A stretch of DNA of 64,000 nucleotides, taken from NCBI GenBank assembly GCA_009695305.1, contig SIBG01000010.1:1646-65645 (forward strand), read 5' to 3'. Below are positions 1-9,633 of the stretch, piece by piece. How positions within the stretch are numbered: the first letter of the stretch is position 1; every line of letters begins with the position of its first letter. The translations under genes and the position numbers were made by a program. Source of the DNA: Opitutus sp. (lineage in GTDB: Bacteria > Verrucomicrobiota > Verrucomicrobiia > Opitutales > Opitutaceae). Below the pieces are notes generated by a model that saw only the letters and a list, made by a program, of their open reading frames with translations, made no database searches and was not told where the DNA came from.

Positions 1-164
1 GATAGCGGTCGATCGGGTCGCGTTCGTCCGCGCCCTACCCTCCCCGGTCGTCGGCCAGCTCATCCGCGCGGTTCGACTGGGCTCGACCCGCCACAAACAA
101 GAAGTGCGTGAGTCTCGCCAAACCCTGCGTAGCGAGCGGGAGTCGTTCGGACTACATTGAACCC

Positions 165-626
165 ATGAAAACAATCCTCGCTCCCATTGACTTTTCCGAA
201 GTCAGCGGCGGCGTGGTGACCGCGGCTTCCAATCTCGCGCACGCCCTCCACGGTCGGGTGGTGTTGCTCACCGTCGTCCAGCCCCCGGTTATCACGAGCG
301 AATACGCCCCGATGATGGAGAACTTGTCCGAGATCATCGCCGCCGGCGACAAGACGGCGGGCAAGAACCTCACGAAAATCGCGGAGCAGCTCCAAAGCGA
401 ATCCATTCCCGCGGAGACGGTCCAACTCGACGGGGCGCCCGTCGCGCACATCATCGAACAAGCGCAACAATGTGCCGCCGACTACATCGTGATGGGTTCG
501 CACGGCCACTCGGCGGTTTACGATTTACTGGTCGGCAGCACCACCCACGGCGTGCTCAGGCGGGCCAGGTGTCCGGTCCTGATTGTGCCGCCGCCGAAAA
601 AGAAAGCTGAGCGGACCAGAAAATAA
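165..626 (+). CDS. universal stress protein (UspA family)
   Basis: ORF 108..626. The ATG at 165 gives MKTILAPIDFS... The C-terminal G-SHGHS..LVGSTT..CPVLIVP matches the Usp nucleotide-binding motif pattern. Confidence 0.8.
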   Translation: MKTILAPIDFSEVSGGVVTAASNLAHALHGRVVLLTVVQPPVITSEYAPMMENLSEIIAAGDKTAGKNLTKIAEQLQSESIPAETVQLDGAPVAHIIEQAQQCAADYIVMGSHGHSAVYDLLVGSTTHGVLRRARCPVLIVPPPKKKAERTRK

Positions 627-647
627 CTTTGGGTCAGTGGGAACACT

Positions 648-682
648 GGGCGCGGGCGAAAGCCCGCGCCCTTCCCGTTTTT
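648..682 (+). terminator. rho-independent terminator candidate after usp
   Basis: GGGCGCGGGC-GAAA-GCCCGCGCCC perfect stem followed by CTTCCCGTTTTT. It lies between convergent genes. Confidence 0.5.
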
Positions 683-726
683 AGGGTCCGCGCCGTGGTC
701 GGGCGGCGCGGCACCGCCCGCCCTCG

Positions 727-3700
727 TCAGAACCGACCGTTCACGCCCGCCGTTACCGTCACGAAGTTGATCGTCGTGCGGCGCATGCGGTCCTTGTAGC
801 CGACATACCAGCGCTGGGGCTCGTTGAGGACGTTGGAGGCATCGAGCGTGAAGCCGAGGTTGCCACGCTGCTGGTAGCCAAAGCCGAGGTTGAGCGTTTT
901 CATCGAGTAGCGGAACTGGCTCAGCGCCGGATTGTTGGCGTTGAAGGAGGTGCAGTTTTCACCCGTGAAGTTGTAGAGCGCGCGGGCACTGAATTTGTGG
1001 TAGCGCCAGTTGAGCGAAGCGTTGGCCGCGTGCGGGATGAAGTTCGCGATGTCGCGGCGCGTGAGGTAGCGGGTGCCATCGCGCAGGCCGTGCTGGTCGG
1101 TCCAACTGTAGTTGAACGAGGCAGCGAGGCCCTTCAGTGCGCCGGGAAGAAAGGTGAGCTGCTGCTGGTAGGAAAACTCCCAACCTTGGGCGACCACCGT
1201 GCCGGCGTTGAGCGAAGTGCGCTCGGTGAAGCCTTGGTAGTCGCCGTCGTAGCCGTTGTCCAAGCCGGCGGGAATGATGCGCGCTTCCTGGTTCGTGATG
1301 ATGAAATCCCGGATGTCCTTGTGAAACCAGCCGAAGGTCAGGCTGCCGACGGGCTCGAAATAATATTCGAGCGTGGCGTCCCAGTTCTTCGCCTGCTGCG
1401 GCTTGAGGCCCGGGTTGTTCACGGTGAGACGCTGGTTGACCTCGTCGATGCTCTCGCCGGGCAGGAGGTTGCCGAGCGGGGCGCGACCATAGCTCGTGGA
1501 ATAGCTGACGCGGGCCTTGAGATTTTTCGTGAGGTCGTGAAATGCGTGAATGCTCGGGAATTTCTGGTCGAACTTGCCGAAGAGCGTGCGGTCGGTGTTG
1601 GCGTAGTCGCGCGTGGCCGAGCCGATGGGATCGGCGAGTTGCTGCGCAGCCGTGCTGACCACGCGGGCGCGCACCCAGCCGAAGCTCTTGGTGCGGACCT
1701 GCTCCATGCGGATGCCACCGAGGTAGCCGGTGCGGCCAAGCCAGCCATTGCGGCCCAAGCGGCCCGACGCCATCGCATAGACGGCACCAATCGACTCCGT
1801 AACGCCGTTCGTGCCAGTGTATTTATTCTGCTCGTTGTAATATAAGTCCTCGTTCCAGAGCGAGGGGTCGGTCGGGCGACCATCGGTGGTAAACATGTGC
1901 GCCTGCCAGACCGGGATCTTTCGTCCGGTCTGGGTCAGGTCGTAGCTCACGTAGCTCGAATCGGGCGCGAAGTGGACGCTAGGATCGTAGGCGGCGACTG
2001 CCTTGGGCACCCACCGGTGCCGATCCTTGCCCCATTGATCCATTTGCAGGGAGCGCCAGTGGAGGCCGGTCTTCAAAAACGTTGGCGCGGCGAGCGGAGT
2101 CGTATAGCGCGCATCGAAGCGAAACTGTTTTTGCAATTGATCCTGCTCGTTGCGGTTCTGCACGAGGCCATCGGTGGCGCGCGGGAGGTAGTTGTTGGGG
2201 TTGGTGAAGTCGGGGCCGCCGTTCTGGATAAACTTTGGATGGAGCTCGTTCTGGCTTTGGTCGAGGATCCAGCCGGCGCCACCGAAGAACACGGCGCGGC
2301 CCGGCACCTGCGCGGCCGGGTCGAAGAGGCGCATGTTGAGCGTGCCACCGCGACCATTGCCGTTGTTGAGTGTCGTGCGCGCCACGCCGCCGGTGTATTC
2401 GATGAGCCACTTGGCATAGGTGTGCTCGCCCGTAAAATCGACGCGACCCATGCGGACGTAGTAGTTGAGCGGGCCGTCCATTTGCACGTCGATGTTGTTC
2501 GTGTTCGTGGCGGCGGCGGACGTGCTCGGAATCGCGCGCACGGTCGTGAGCACATTGGTGAAGCCACCAGGGACGATGCCGGTGGTGGCGCTCGGCACCT
2601 GGGTGGTGCTGTTACCGGAGGCGGCGGCCGTCACACGCACGCGCCGGCGCATCCGCTCAAAGTTGTCGTTCTCCGTGGCCGAGAGGGAAAACTTCGTCGT
2701 GGACGACCACTTGAAGTCGGTCCGGACGGCGATGCTCTGCTGCTTGCGGTTGTTGATATTGTCCCACGTCTGATAGTTGAAGACGGGGGCGGGACCATTG
2801 AGCAGGTTGGTGCGATCAAAGATGGTTTCAAAGCCGCCGACGGCGTTTTCCGAATAAAAAATATTCACCGAGGTCCCGAGGTTGCGCTCGCCGCCGAAGA
2901 CGCTGAACACCTGTTGGCGGGTGAGGTTGAGCACGGGGTGCGCGCGGTGCTGGGCGCGCCACGGGGTCTCCTCGAAGAACGACGGGGCCATACGGGCGGC
3001 AAAATTATAGGTGGTCCGGCTGTTTTCCTTCATGCTGAAGGTGGAGCGCGATTTGAAATTGATCGTGCCGCCGAGGGAGTCGGCACCCTTGTCGGGGGTC
3101 TGGCCCTTGATCAGCTCGAGGCCCTCGAACATCGCGCCGGTGATCGACTGAAGCTCAAAGCTGCGGTTGGTGCCGAGCGACGTCAGCGAGCCGCCGTCGA
3201 CGGTGACGTTGTTGAGCGTGGGGTCCATGCCGCGGATATTGAAACGATAAGCCAGGCCTTCATCGGTCGGGCTGCCGGCCACACCGGGGAGGCGCATGAC
3301 GACTTCGCCGGCGCTCATGTTGGGCAGGTAGCCGAAGGAATCCATGGCGATCACATCCTTAACGTTGTCGGCGTTGCGTTTTTCGGTGATCATGGCCGCA
3401 TTGCCCTCGCGCTCACCGGTGACCTTGAACGCCTCGAGCTTGTAGATGCCGGTCGTGAGTTCGAAGTCGCGGGTGAGATTCTGGCCGGCACCGAGGGCGA
3501 CGGTCTGGCGCACGGGATCGAGTCCGATATAGGTGACGACGACCTCGTGGGTGCCCGCGGGCACGCCCGGGAGATTATAGCGACCGGCGTTGTTGGTGAA
3601 TGTGGTGAGGTTGAGGGCCGGCACGGACACCATGGCACCCTCCAGCTGGTTGCGCGTGGCGGAGTTGCTCACCGAGCCGGAGACGCCGCCGGTCTCGGCG

Positions 3701-3789
3701 GCGCGCAGGGCCGGTGAAAGCACGGCGAGAAAAAAACTGCACAACAGCGCCAACGACAGCGCCGGAAACGAGACGAGGACAGGGCTCAC
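727..3789 (-). CDS. TonB-dependent receptor with N-terminal carboxypeptidase-regulatory-like domain
   Basis: ORF 727..3942. The probable GTG start at 3789 gives a signal peptide (VSPVLVSFPALSLALLC..ALRA). This is followed by a CarboxypepD_reg-like segment (AGRYNLPGVPAGTHEVVVTYIGL), a plug, and a beta-barrel ending in the terminal ...GVNGRF. Confidence 0.85.
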   Translation of the reverse strand: MSPVLVSFPALSLALLCSFFLAVLSPALRAAETGGVSGSVSNSATRNQLEGAMVSVPALNLTTFTNNAGRYNLPGVPAGTHEVVVTYIGLDPVRQTVALGAGQNLTRDFELTTGIYKLEAFKVTGEREGNAAMITEKRNADNVKDVIAMDSFGYLPNMSAGEVVMRLPGVAGSPTDEGLAYRFNIRGMDPTLNNVTVDGGSLTSLGTNRSFELQSITGAMFEGLELIKGQTPDKGADSLGGTINFKSRSTFSMKENSRTTYNFAARMAPSFFEETPWRAQHRAHPVLNLTRQQVFSVFGGERNLGTSVNIFYSENAVGGFETIFDRTNLLNGPAPVFNYQTWDNINNRKQQSIAVRTDFKWSSTTKFSLSATENDNFERMRRRVRVTAAASGNSTTQVPSATTGIVPGGFTNVLTTVRAIPSTSAAATNTNNIDVQMDGPLNYYVRMGRVDFTGEHTYAKWLIEYTGGVARTTLNNGNGRGGTLNMRLFDPAAQVPGRAVFFGGAGWILDQSQNELHPKFIQNGGPDFTNPNNYLPRATDGLVQNRNEQDQLQKQFRFDARYTTPLAAPTFLKTGLHWRSLQMDQWGKDRHRWVPKAVAAYDPSVHFAPDSSYVSYDLTQTGRKIPVWQAHMFTTDGRPTDPSLWNEDLYYNEQNKYTGTNGVTESIGAVYAMASGRLGRNGWLGRTGYLGGIRMEQVRTKSFGWVRARVVSTAAQQLADPIGSATRDYANTDRTLFGKFDQKFPSIHAFHDLTKNLKARVSYSTSYGRAPLGNLLPGESIDEVNQRLTVNNPGLKPQQAKNWDATLEYYFEPVGSLTFGWFHKDIRDFIITNQEARIIPAGLDNGYDGDYQGFTERTSLNAGTVVAQGWEFSYQQQLTFLPGALKGLAASFNYSWTDQHGLRDGTRYLTRRDIANFIPHAANASLNWRYHKFSARALYNFTGENCTSFNANNPALSQFRYSMKTLNLGFGYQQRGNLGFTLDASNVLNEPQRWYVGYKDRMRRTTINFVTVTAGVNGRF

Positions 3790-4040
3790 GATCAGGTTGC
3801 GGGATTTAATAGGGGGTAGGTTACTTAAACGTGATGGTCGAAATCGGAGTGAGGGAAAACGCCGGATGGGCAAAAAAAATCCGCGCCGACTGGCAGGGAT
3901 GAAGGGCACGCCAGTTCTCGCCACCGCGCATAGGCGGTGCAAGCTTCATCTCGCGCGCCGAACGGGCGCATCGGGCCACTCCCCGACCGTTGGAGTCGGC
4001 CAACTGCGGGCGGAAAATCTCTCCGCGGCAGCGGGCCGCC

Positions 4041-5606
4041 TCAGGGGGCGGTCGCGGCCGGCTTCGGTTTCGTGGTCATCTCGAAATCGTCCGTGCGGAA
4101 CGGCGTGACGGGCAGGCCGTCGCTCGAGAAGAGATTGCACCCGGGATTGTCCGCCCACGCGTAGCGGACGGCGATCGGCGCCGAGACCTCGGGATGCGAG
4201 ACTTCGACTTGGTTGGCGCCGACGATCTTGGCGGCCGCCCAGTGCCAGACTTTGTCCTCGCCGCAAATCGCAAAGCCGCGGGCCTCGGCGACGTCGAAGG
4301 CGCGGAGTTTGCTGCCGAAGCAGTCGAGCGTGACGGTCACTTTGTTTTCCACGATGGCCATGCTCTGATACTCCGGACTGCGGTAGGGGAAATTCAGCCC
4401 GTAGTCTTTCACGAGGGCCCAGCGCACGAGACGGGAGGCGACGTCGTATTTGTTGCGCGGGTGGATGTCGCGGCCCTCGCCGATATCAATGATCACAGCC
4501 TGACCGGTGTGGGGGAAGCGAAGAGTCTTGGTCTGCGACTCACGCAGCTCGGCCCACGCACTTTCGCCGGGCGCGGGTTTTTCCGCCATGTAGTCGGCGA
4601 GTTGGACCCAGTAGAACGGGAAATCGCCCTGGCCCTGCTCTTGGCGCCACTGCTCGATCAGGAAGGGAAACAGCGCGGCGTATTCGTAGGCGCGGCCGGC
4701 GTTGGACTCGCCCTGATACCAGATGACACCCTTGATGCCGTAGCCGAGGGTGGGGTTGACGACGCCGGCAAAAATATTCCCCGGGCGGGCGTTGCCGGTG
4801 AGCCACGCCAGAGGATTCTGGGGCGCGGCGGGAGGAGTCTTGCCCTCGGCTTTCGCCGTCTCGACCGCGAGTTTCCACTTTTCAGTGGCGGCAGCGTAAT
4901 CCGCTGTAGCTTTCTCGGATTGCAGGTTAGTTTCTCTCTTGGCGGTATTCGCCATGAGCAGTTGGAACCGTGGATCCCGCTCGATGGTCTCGCGCCGCAC
5001 CCACGCCTCGGCGGCGGAACCGCCCCACGCGTTGTCGATCAACCCGACCGGCACATTGAGGATGTCGTGGAGATAGCGGCCGTAGATATAGCCGATGGCG
5101 CTAAAGTTCTTCGCGTTGGCGGGACCGGCGACCTCCCACTTCCCTCTGAAATCTGTTTTTAGTTCCTGGGTGCCAACCTGCGGCACCGAGACGATGCGGA
5201 GATTTGGGCGATGCGCGCCCGCGCCCTCGAGATCGCCGGTGTAGGTCTCGCCGAGCGCAAACTGCATGTTCGACTGACCGGAGCACATCCACACTTCACC
5301 GATGAGCACGTCCTGAATCTCGCGCGACGTGGAGCCGGCGATCGCCAGCGTCTGCGGCGTGGCGTTCGCCGGCGCCGCGGCGAGCTTCACCGTCCATTTG
5401 CCGTCAGCGGCGGCCGTCGCGGTCTGCGTCTGACCGGCGAAGGTCACGGTGACCGTGGCGCCGGGCGTGTCCCAGCCCCAGATGGGGTTGGCCTGCTGCT
5501 GTTGCAGGACCATGTGGTCGCCGATGATGGCGGGGAGCTTCAGTTCGGCGCGTAACGCCGTGGCCAGGGTGAGACCGAACACGAGGACGAGTGGGAGTTT
5601 TTTCAT
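4041..5606 (-). CDS. sialate O-acetylesterase-like (SASA/DUF303, SGNH-type) secreted esterase
   Basis: The ATG at 5606 gives [20 protein letters not shown] (signal peptide). Also present: [13 protein letters not shown], the GQSNM catalytic motif and WYQGESN. Same strand as, and upstream of, the TonB receptor. Confidence 0.75.
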   Translation of the reverse strand: MKKLPLVLVFGLTLATALRAELKLPAIIGDHMVLQQQQANPIWGWDTPGATVTVTFAGQTQTATAAADGKWTVKLAAAPANATPQTLAIAGSTSREIQDVLIGEVWMCSGQSNMQFALGETYTGDLEGAGAHRPNLRIVSVPQVGTQELKTDFRGKWEVAGPANAKNFSAIGYIYGRYLHDILNVPVGLIDNAWGGSAAEAWVRRETIERDPRFQLLMANTAKRETNLQSEKATADYAAATEKWKLAVETAKAEGKTPPAAPQNPLAWLTGNARPGNIFAGVVNPTLGYGIKGVIWYQGESNAGRAYEYAALFPFLIEQWRQEQGQGDFPFYWVQLADYMAEKPAPGESAWAELRESQTKTLRFPHTGQAVIIDIGEGRDIHPRNKYDVASRLVRWALVKDYGLNFPYRSPEYQSMAIVENKVTVTLDCFGSKLRAFDVAEARGFAICGEDKVWHWAAAKIVGANQVEVSHPEVSAPIAVRYAWADNPGCNLFSSDGLPVTPFRTDDFEMTTKPKPAATAP

Positions 5607-5881
5607 GGGGAGAGCCGGTGTTTGTGGCGACACGTGCGCGCCGATGCAAACCAGCTTTGCGGGACGCCGTCGAAATCTATCGGCTAGCGTCGCCGCGTCC
5701 GCCGAATCCCCTCTCGGCCACCGCGAAAACGCGCCGCCCTCCGGCCGCCCCGATTCCGGGCGGAGGCTGCCGTTCATGGCCTGGGCCCGCCGTTCCGGCG
5801 GGCCCACGTCCTCCCATCCACCTCCGCCACCGTGCATCTCGGGCATTGACGCCGAATTTCCATCCTCGTTTCCTTAGCATC

Positions 5882-6622
5882 ATGCGTGATTCCAAGTCCG
5901 TCGATCCTCGGGCCAAATACCAGCGCGTCGTCCTCAAGCTCTCGGGCGAAGTGCTCCGCGGCGGCAAGTTCGGCGACGCCATCGACGGCGACACCCTCAC
6001 CAAAGTCTGCGCCCAGGTGAAGGAAATCCACGCCCTCGGCGTGCAGGTCTGCGTCGTCATCGGCGGCGGCAACATTTTCCGCGGCCTCAACGGCGAGCAA
6101 CGCGGCGTCGACCGCACCACCGGCGACTACATGGGCATGCTCGCCACCGTCATCAACGGCCTCGCCCTGATGGATTGCCTCGAAAAAATCGGCGTCAGCA
6201 CGCGCGTGCAATCCGCCATCCCGATGAACCAGATCGCCGAGCCCTTCATCCTTCGCCGCGCCATGCGCCACCTCGAGAAACAGCGCGTGGTCATCTTCGT
6301 CGCCGGCACGGGCAACCCCTACTTCTCGACCGACACCACCGCCGCCCTCCGCGCCTCCGAACTGCACGCCGACATCATTCTCAAGGCGACGAAAGTCGAC
6401 GGCGTCTACGACAAGGACCCGAAAAAATTTCCCGACGCGGTCAAGTTTGACCAGCTCACCTTCATCGACGCGCTCAAGCAGCGGCTCAACGTGATGGACT
6501 CAACCGCCTTCTCCCTCTGCATGGACAACAACGTCCCGATCCTCGTCTTCGACCTCGGCGACGAACACGCCATCCGCAAAGCCATCTTCGGCGAAAAAAT
6601 CGGCACGCTGGTCAAGAACTGA
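5882..6622 (+). CDS. pyrH: UMP kinase
   Basis: [11 protein letters not shown]..., [23 protein letters not shown]. Conserved pyrH-frr order. Confidence 0.95.
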   Translation: MRDSKSVDPRAKYQRVVLKLSGEVLRGGKFGDAIDGDTLTKVCAQVKEIHALGVQVCVVIGGGNIFRGLNGEQRGVDRTTGDYMGMLATVINGLALMDCLEKIGVSTRVQSAIPMNQIAEPFILRRAMRHLEKQRVVIFVAGTGNPYFSTDTTAALRASELHADIILKATKVDGVYDKDPKKFPDAVKFDQLTFIDALKQRLNVMDSTAFSLCMDNNVPILVFDLGDEHAIRKAIFGEKIGTLVKN

Positions 6623-6646
6623 CCGGCCCCCGACTGCTCCGGCTTG

Positions 6647-6681
6647 CCATCGAAAATCTCCCGTCACCCATCGAAAATCCC
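6647..6681. repeat. AATCGAA-family heptamer array abutting the frr start codon
   Basis: CCATCGA AAATCTC CCGTCAC CCATCGA AAATCCC followed directly by the ATG at 6682. Confidence 0.7.
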
Positions 6682-7227
6682 ATGTCTCACCCCATCCTCA
6701 CCGACACGCAGGCCAAAATGAAAAAAGCCGTGGACCACACGCTCCACGAGTTCAGCTCCATCCACACCGGCAAGGCCACGCCCGCGATGGTCGAAGGCGT
6801 GATGGTCGAAGCCTATGGGACGATGACGCCCCTCAAGCAGTGCGCCGCCATCTCCACGCCCGATCCGCGCCTCATCCAGATCCAGCCGTGGGACGCCAGC
6901 CTCATCAAGTCCATCGCGAAGGGCATTCAGGAAGCCAACCTCGGCTTCAACCCGATCGTCGACGGCAAACTCATCCGCATCCCGCTGCCAGATATGAGCC
7001 GCGATCGCCGGCTGGAATTCGTCAAGACCGCCAACCGGCTCGCCGAGGAAGGTCGCGTGCACGTCCGCAACGTCCGCCGCGACGCCCATGAGGTCGCGAA
7101 AAAGGCCAAGCTGCCCGAGGACGAATCGAAGCGCCTCGACAAGGACATCCAGACCGCGACCGATAGCGCGATCAAGAGCATCAACGATCACCTCGCCCAC
7201 AAAGAAAAGGATCTGCTCACGGTGTAG
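6682..7227 (+). CDS. frr: ribosome recycling factor
   Basis: 181-aa ORF with typical RRF sequence (IRIPLPDMSRDRRLEFVK.., VRNVRRDA). Confidence 0.95.
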   Translation: MSHPILTDTQAKMKKAVDHTLHEFSSIHTGKATPAMVEGVMVEAYGTMTPLKQCAAISTPDPRLIQIQPWDASLIKSIAKGIQEANLGFNPIVDGKLIRIPLPDMSRDRRLEFVKTANRLAEEGRVHVRNVRRDAHEVAKKAKLPEDESKRLDKDIQTATDSAIKSINDHLAHKEKDLLTV

Positions 7228-7295
7228 GTCGGGCTTTAAGCCCGACACGTTTCGGTCGTCGCCCCGCCTCGTGTCGGGGATAAATCCCGACCTAC
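7224..7295. repeat. REP doublet (GTAG-type) between frr and proB
   Basis: GTAGGTCGGGC-TTTAA-GCCCGACAC ... GTGTCGGGG-ATAAA-TCCCGACCTAC. Two hairpins in inverted orientation, with the GTAG tetranucleotide typical of REPs. Confidence 0.7.
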
Positions 7296-7306
7296 CGTTC
7301 TCCGCG

Positions 7307-8416
7307 TTGAAAAAAGAATCTTCCACCGCTCCCCGCCGCGTCGTCATCAAGCTCGGCACCGGTGTCCTCACCACCGGCGTTGGCCAGCTCGACATCGCCC
7401 GCATCGCCGCCGTCTGCGCCGAGATCGCCGCGCTTCGCGCGCGCGGCACCGAAGTGCTGATCGTCTCCTCCGGCGCCGTCGGCCTCGGCATGGGCGCGTT
7501 GAAACTCGAGCGCCGCCCGAAAGAGCTGTCGAAAAAGCAAGCCTGCGCCGCCATCGGCCAGTCCCGCCTCATGCAGACGTGGCAGGCCGGCCTCGCCCCG
7601 CACCGCCTCACCGTGGCCCAGGTCCTCCTCACGCACGACGACCTCCGCCTCCGGGCGCGTTATCTCGGCGTGCAGGAAACGCTCCGCCAGCTCATCGCCT
7701 ACGGCACGATCCCGATCATCAACGAAAACGACACCGTTAGTGCCGCCGAGATCAAGTTCGGCGACAATGACACGCTTTCCGCGATGGTCGCCTCGCTCGT
7801 CGAAGCGAGCTACCTCGTGATCCTCTCGACCGCGCCCGGCCTCATCGATCTCCGCGGCTCGAAGCAGATCATCCCCGTCGTCGAAAAAATCACGCCCGAG
7901 ATCGAGGCGATGGCCGGCGGCACCACGAGCGAAACCGCGGTCGGCGGCATGGTTTCTAAAATCGCCGCCGCCAAACTCGCCACCCGCGCCGGCTGCGGCG
8001 TCTTCATCGCCAGCGGCGCCGAACCGGAAATCCTCGCGAAACTTTTCGGCGGTCGCGGCCCCGGCACTTTCTTTGTCCCGAGCGGCCTGCCGCTCGACGC
8101 GAAAAAACGCTGGCTCGCCTACTTCCAGCGTCCCGCCGGCACCATCGTCGTCAACGAGCGCGCCGTCCCGGTCCTGCGCGAACACGGCCGTAGTCTCCTC
8201 GCGGTCGGTGTGACCGGCACGGTGGGCGAGTTTGCCGCCGGTGACATTGTCAACATCGCCGGGCCGGACAAAATTGTTTTTGCCCGCGGCGAGGCGGCGT
8301 TTACCAGCAAGGAAATTTCCGCGCTGGCCGGCCAGCAGGGCGACGTCGTCGCCGCCCTCCACCCGGCCCGCAAACGCCTCGAGGTCGTCCATCGCAACGA
8401 CCTCGTGCTGCTGTAG
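7307..8416 (+). CDS. proB: glutamate 5-kinase (with C-terminal PUA domain)
   Basis: ORF 7088..8416. A TTG at 7307 gives about 369 aa beginning LKKESSTAPRRVVIKLGTGVLT. Also SSGAVGLG and INENDTV motifs. Confidence 0.9.
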   Translation: MKKESSTAPRRVVIKLGTGVLTTGVGQLDIARIAAVCAEIAALRARGTEVLIVSSGAVGLGMGALKLERRPKELSKKQACAAIGQSRLMQTWQAGLAPHRLTVAQVLLTHDDLRLRARYLGVQETLRQLIAYGTIPIINENDTVSAAEIKFGDNDTLSAMVASLVEASYLVILSTAPGLIDLRGSKQIIPVVEKITPEIEAMAGGTTSETAVGGMVSKIAAAKLATRAGCGVFIASGAEPEILAKLFGGRGPGTFFVPSGLPLDAKKRWLAYFQRPAGTIVVNERAVPVLREHGRSLLAVGVTGTVGEFAAGDIVNIAGPDKIVFARGEAAFTSKEISALAGQQGDVVAALHPARKRLEVVHRNDLVLL

Positions 8417-8447
8417 CGCGCACCGGCCGGTTGGAGCCAGCGATCCG

Positions 8448-9407
8448 CTAAGGTGCCTTGGCCGGCGGCGGGACGAGCTTGGGTGCTGCCGCCGGACGCG
8501 GAGCAGGTTGCTTTTTCTCGTCGAGATTCTGCATGGCCTCGACGTCGCTGACCGGTGCGGAGACGACGCCCCCAGCGGGCACTTCGAGTTTCGCAAGCCA
8601 GACGAGCGCGTTGAGCATGAGCCGGCGTTGATCGTCGTTCTGCCAGTTGAGATGAAAATGGCCGCCGGTAAAACCGAAGCCCCGCCCACCGTCCGCCCGC
8701 TCCACGGCCCACATCATTGTCTCCGGCCGCCCCTTTGCCGCCTGGATATGCGGATACGGCCCCTTGGGGGAAACATAGGGACCGTCCCGGACGGCATCGG
8801 ACGGCGTTGCGACCAGAATGTCCTTCACGCCGGACTTTCCGTCGCGGAAGCGCATGTTGAAATACCACTCGTCCTTTGTCTTGAAGGGCTTCACGCCGCG
8901 CGTGATCGGGTGCACGGGCAGACTTTTGTAGTCGGCCTCCCAGATCGGATTGCAGGAAAAACTATTTTCATAGTGGCCACCGATCCAATCCTTCCACTCG
9001 GCGCCCCCCTTTTCGGCCAACACCTCGACCGCGTAGTGCGCCAGTCCGAGGCTTACGCCCTTTTTCATCAACGCGCGGAGAACTTCAAGGCGTTCTTGCT
9101 GCACCGCGGGATGATTCGCCCCGCCGTCCGAATAGATGAACACCGCGGCGGCCCCGTCGAACACCGAGTTGTCGTCCACCTTTTTCCCGTCGACCATTTT
9201 GGACGGCCAGCCGTTGGTGATCAGAACGGTTTTCAATCCGGGAATGTTGTCGAGGCGCTTTTGCAGGAGCATGGAACCGGCCTTGAACTCATGCATCAGC
9301 GGGGGGTGACTCACCGGACCGGCGATCATCACCAATTTGCGGTCGGCGGCGTGGGTCAAGGCGGTGGCCAGAGCGAGCACGGCAACAGGGAGGAGTCGGA
9401 GTTTCAT
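8448..9407 (-). CDS. secreted ThuA-like domain protein
   Basis: Signal peptide MKLRLLPVAVLALATALTHA. The ThuA-like core (KLVMIAGPVSH..., GGHYEN, GFGFTGGHFH) is followed by a Pro/Ala-rich tail. Confidence 0.6.
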   Translation of the reverse strand: MKLRLLPVAVLALATALTHAADRKLVMIAGPVSHPPLMHEFKAGSMLLQKRLDNIPGLKTVLITNGWPSKMVDGKKVDDNSVFDGAAAVFIYSDGGANHPAVQQERLEVLRALMKKGVSLGLAHYAVEVLAEKGGAEWKDWIGGHYENSFSCNPIWEADYKSLPVHPITRGVKPFKTKDEWYFNMRFRDGKSGVKDILVATPSDAVRDGPYVSPKGPYPHIQAAKGRPETMMWAVERADGGRGFGFTGGHFHLNWQNDDQRRLMLNALVWLAKLEVPAGGVVSAPVSDVEAMQNLDEKKQPAPRPAAAPKLVPPPAKAP

Positions 9408-9633
9408 TGGGATGATCGAGTGGCAGGATTAGACTGGGAGGATGATTCGGAGCGGCGAAGACGGCCACGATTGGCCAGACGTTACGAGCGAAGTTGAGCG
9501 GTTGCGGGATGCGAGTCGAGCCGACTCGGCCCGCCTCCGTTCCGAGGCGCGGGCTGGCTCGCCGGGGCCACCACGAGCGATCCGCCGTTTTTCTTTGCGC
9601 CTTCGCGCCGTTGCGGGAGCCTCTTCGCGCTTC

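Noticed and set aside
60-509. 149-aa minus-strand ORF at the left edge.
   Set aside because: It overlaps the well-supported Usp gene (165..626) and has no motif content. It is treated as a shadow ORF.
3790-4040. 250-nt leader upstream of the TonB-dependent receptor as a possible riboswitch (cobalamin/TPP).
   Set aside because: I could not find the B12 box or the TPP CUGAGA/ACCUGAUCUGGAUAAUGCCAGCG-type cores on the minus strand. This needs a covariance-model scan before any claim.
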